Assembly (NCBI GenBank): GCA_046756545.1
Contig: JBHHWM010000001.1
Span: 10,682-74,681, forward strand
DNA length: 64,000 nucleotides
Direction of reading: 5' to 3'
DNA from: Rhodothermales bacterium
GTDB taxonomy: Bacteria; Bacteroidota; Rhodothermia; Rhodothermales; JBHHWM01
Within the stretch, counting starts at the first letter, position 1. Every line of letters begins with the position of its first letter. Below, in pieces: positions 62,335 to 64,000 of the stretch. The notes beneath the pieces were generated by a model. The model ran no database searches. It was not told the DNA's origin and saw only the letters and a program-made list of their open reading frames with translations. Position numbers and translations under genes: made by a program.

Positions 62335-63420
62335 TCAGTCTTTCACCTGCTCGCTGTTGCCTGCGTTTCGCGTAGCGGTGCGCCGGGCCGCCCGTTCCTC
62401 GGCGGTGATCAACCCCGGCGGTCTCGGCATGAAGACGGGCGGTCCGGGCGTAGGGGGAGCAAATTCGCCGACGAGCGAAATCTCCGGTTTCAGGCGATAC
62501 CCCGTCTCGCGCTCGACGACGACCTGGACGTGCGCAATCAGGGCCTGCACATCGGCTGCTGTGGCTTCCCCCCGGTTGATCATGATGTTGGCGTGGCGGT
62601 GGGTGACCTCTGCGCCGCCGATACACGCGCCTTTCAGCCCACACTCGTCGATGAGCCGCCCGGCTCCGATACCGTCGATTTTCTGGAAGATCGATCCGGC
62701 ACTCGGTTCGGTGTCGAGCGGGGGGTGCCGTTCGGCGCGCCAGGCCAGGTTGGCCCGCATGATCTCGCGCATGCGGTGTTCGTCACCCGGTTCGAGCTGG
62801 AAGGTAGCCGAAAGGACGACGTCGTCGCGGACGTGCAGCACCGAGTAGTCGTATCCGAAGTCAAAATAGTCCACGCCGACGGTGCGGCGTTCGTTGCCCT
62901 CGGTCAGGAGTTCGGCTTCCAGCAGCACCTCTTCGATGAACAGGGTACGCTCGCGTTGGGGCGGCGGCGCGAGGAAATGCAGGTTTTGCCAGAGTGCTCC
63001 CCCGACGGTAGAGGGGATACCCACGTAATGCTCCAACCCCGACAGCCCGGCCCCGACAGCGCATTCGATGAGGTCGGGGTAGACGATGGTGCCGCTTTCG
63101 GCCTGGAGCCGGCCCGTGCCGGGGGCCCGTTCGATGCGCCGGGCGAGGTTTCGGATGACGAGCCCCCGGAAGCCCCGGTCGCCGACCAGAATGTTCGCCC
63201 CGACGCCCAGCAAGAAATACGGCACCTGATACGCCCGCGCAATCTGAATCACCGTAGCCAGTTCGCCGGCCGTACGTACTTCCGCAAAAAAATCCGCCGG
63301 CCCTCCAATCTTGAAGGTGGTGTAGGGTGCCAGTGCCACGTTGCGTTGCAACCGGTCGGAGCCCAATGCTTTATGCAGGGCGTCCAGCGCCGCCGGGTCG
63401 ATGGAGGCTGCCGGTTTCAT
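62335..63420 (-). CDS. murB: UDP-N-acetylenolpyruvoylglucosamine reductase
   Basis: FAD-binding LAPYTTFKIGGPADFF...LGVGANILV; catalytic region GSIFQK...GGAEVTHRHANIMIN. Carries a Pro/Arg-rich C-terminal extension of about 50 aa. Confidence 0.9.
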   Translation of the reverse strand: MKPAASIDPAALDALHKALGSDRLQRNVALAPYTTFKIGGPADFFAEVRTAGELATVIQIARAYQVPYFLLGVGANILVGDRGFRGLVIRNLARRIERAPGTGRLQAESGTIVYPDLIECAVGAGLSGLEHYVGIPSTVGGALWQNLHFLAPPPQRERTLFIEEVLLEAELLTEGNERRTVGVDYFDFGYDYSVLHVRDDVVLSATFQLEPGDEHRMREIMRANLAWRAERHPPLDTEPSAGSIFQKIDGIGAGRLIDECGLKGACIGGAEVTHRHANIMINRGEATAADVQALIAHVQVVVERETGYRLKPEISLVGEFAPPTPGPPVFMPRPPGLITAEERAARRTATRNAGNSEQVKD

Positions 63421-63612
63421 GAGCCGAAGGGGAGGACCGTGGCGGAATCTATCATTATAACCTGAGCTACTCTGTAAAACCGAAACGTTACAGCAATAGG
63501 CGGCCGTTACCGTGCGAATCTTTCATGATACATTGCGTAATGAAGAGATGGTTCGTTCTTTAGACCAAGTCCCGATGAAAACAACGGTGAAATCAAACAC
63601 AAGGAAAGCACT

Positions 63613-64000
63613 ATGGCAAACACGTATCCCAACCTCACACGCGCCGCCATCCGGCTCGCTATAGGCGTGGTTATCCTCCTGATCATCATGGCGATGGGTG
63701 CCGGATGCATGACCACCGCGCTTCAGTCGGGCGAGGCCGGCGTCCGATACAGCCCCTTTGGGGGCACCGACTTGAATCTCACCTACGGCGAGGGCTTGCA
63801 GATTCACGCGCCCTGGGTCCGTGTCATTGAATATGACGTGCGGGTGCAGGAAAAGCTGGAAGACCTCAACGTGCTTTCGTCCAACGGGCTCGAAATCGGC
63901 ATGGACGTTTCGGTGCGCTGGCGCCCCATCGCCGTCCAATTACCGCAACTCCACACGACCTATGGCCCGGATTACTACCGGAAGCTTGTGCAGCCGGAGT
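63613..64000 (+). CDS. SPFH/prohibitin (band 7) family protein, N-terminal part (runs off right edge)
   Basis: Absent from the ORF track because it has no stop. ATG at 63613 gives MANTYPNLTRAAIRLAIGVVILLIIMAMGAGCMTTALQSGEAGVRYSPFGG...GLQIHAPWVRVIEYDVRVQ...LSSNGLEIGMDVSVRWRP, i.e. a TM anchor plus an SPFH core pattern. Confidence 0.7.
   Translation, partial: MANTYPNLTRAAIRLAIGVVILLIIMAMGAGCMTTALQSGEAGVRYSPFGGTDLNLTYGEGLQIHAPWVRVIEYDVRVQEKLEDLNVLSSNGLEIGMDVSVRWRPIAVQLPQLHTTYGPDYYRKLVQPE

Overview
High-GC bacterial chromosome segment, almost fully coding. Gene content (T9SS-type C-terminal sorting domains, a PorV-like barrel, TonB-dependent receptor loci) suggests a Rhodothermus/Salinibacter-like member of the Bacteroidota-Rhodothermota group; the taxon is inference only. 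I see four blocks. (1) 1-19431 is one minus-strand, tightly packed array (gaps of about 50 nt or less, or 4-nt ATGA overlaps). It encodes a Wzx/Wzy-type surface-polysaccharide pathway: export protein, chain-length determinant, Wzy/O-antigen-ligase-like protein, FkbM methyltransferase, flippase and two GT4 glycosyltransferases. This is followed by an unusual tailoring block: an NTase-fold protein, four cobalamin-type radical SAM enzymes, a fifth radical SAM that runs off the left edge, two class I methyltransferases and an amidohydrolase. (2) 19736-30777 holds housekeeping genes (ispE, ispG, YbaK-like deacylase, GT2, SGNH/TPR protein). It is interrupted by a lower-GC three-gene cassette of unknown function (20665-24072): a small Pro-linker protein, a signal-less LysM/OmpA/PG-binding protein and a GxSxG hydrolase-like protein. 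(3) 30902-56022 is an alpha-glucan (starch) utilisation locus. It has four GH13 enzymes, two SLC45/GPH-like MFS transporters, a LacI regulator preceded by a perfect 16-bp palindromic operator, and a SurA-like PPIase. It also carries a TonB-dependent receptor followed by a 1293-aa Ca-motif protein and a PorV-like barrel (no SusD visible), a multi-CBM T9SS protein and a decayed RAYT transposase remnant. (4) 56144-64000 is housekeeping: vWA protein, rsmA, mgtE, DUF1499, ccmE-D-C-B, murB and a partial SPFH gene. I found no rRNA, tRNA or CRISPR array. All calls rest on reading motifs in the translated ORFs; no database search was possible.
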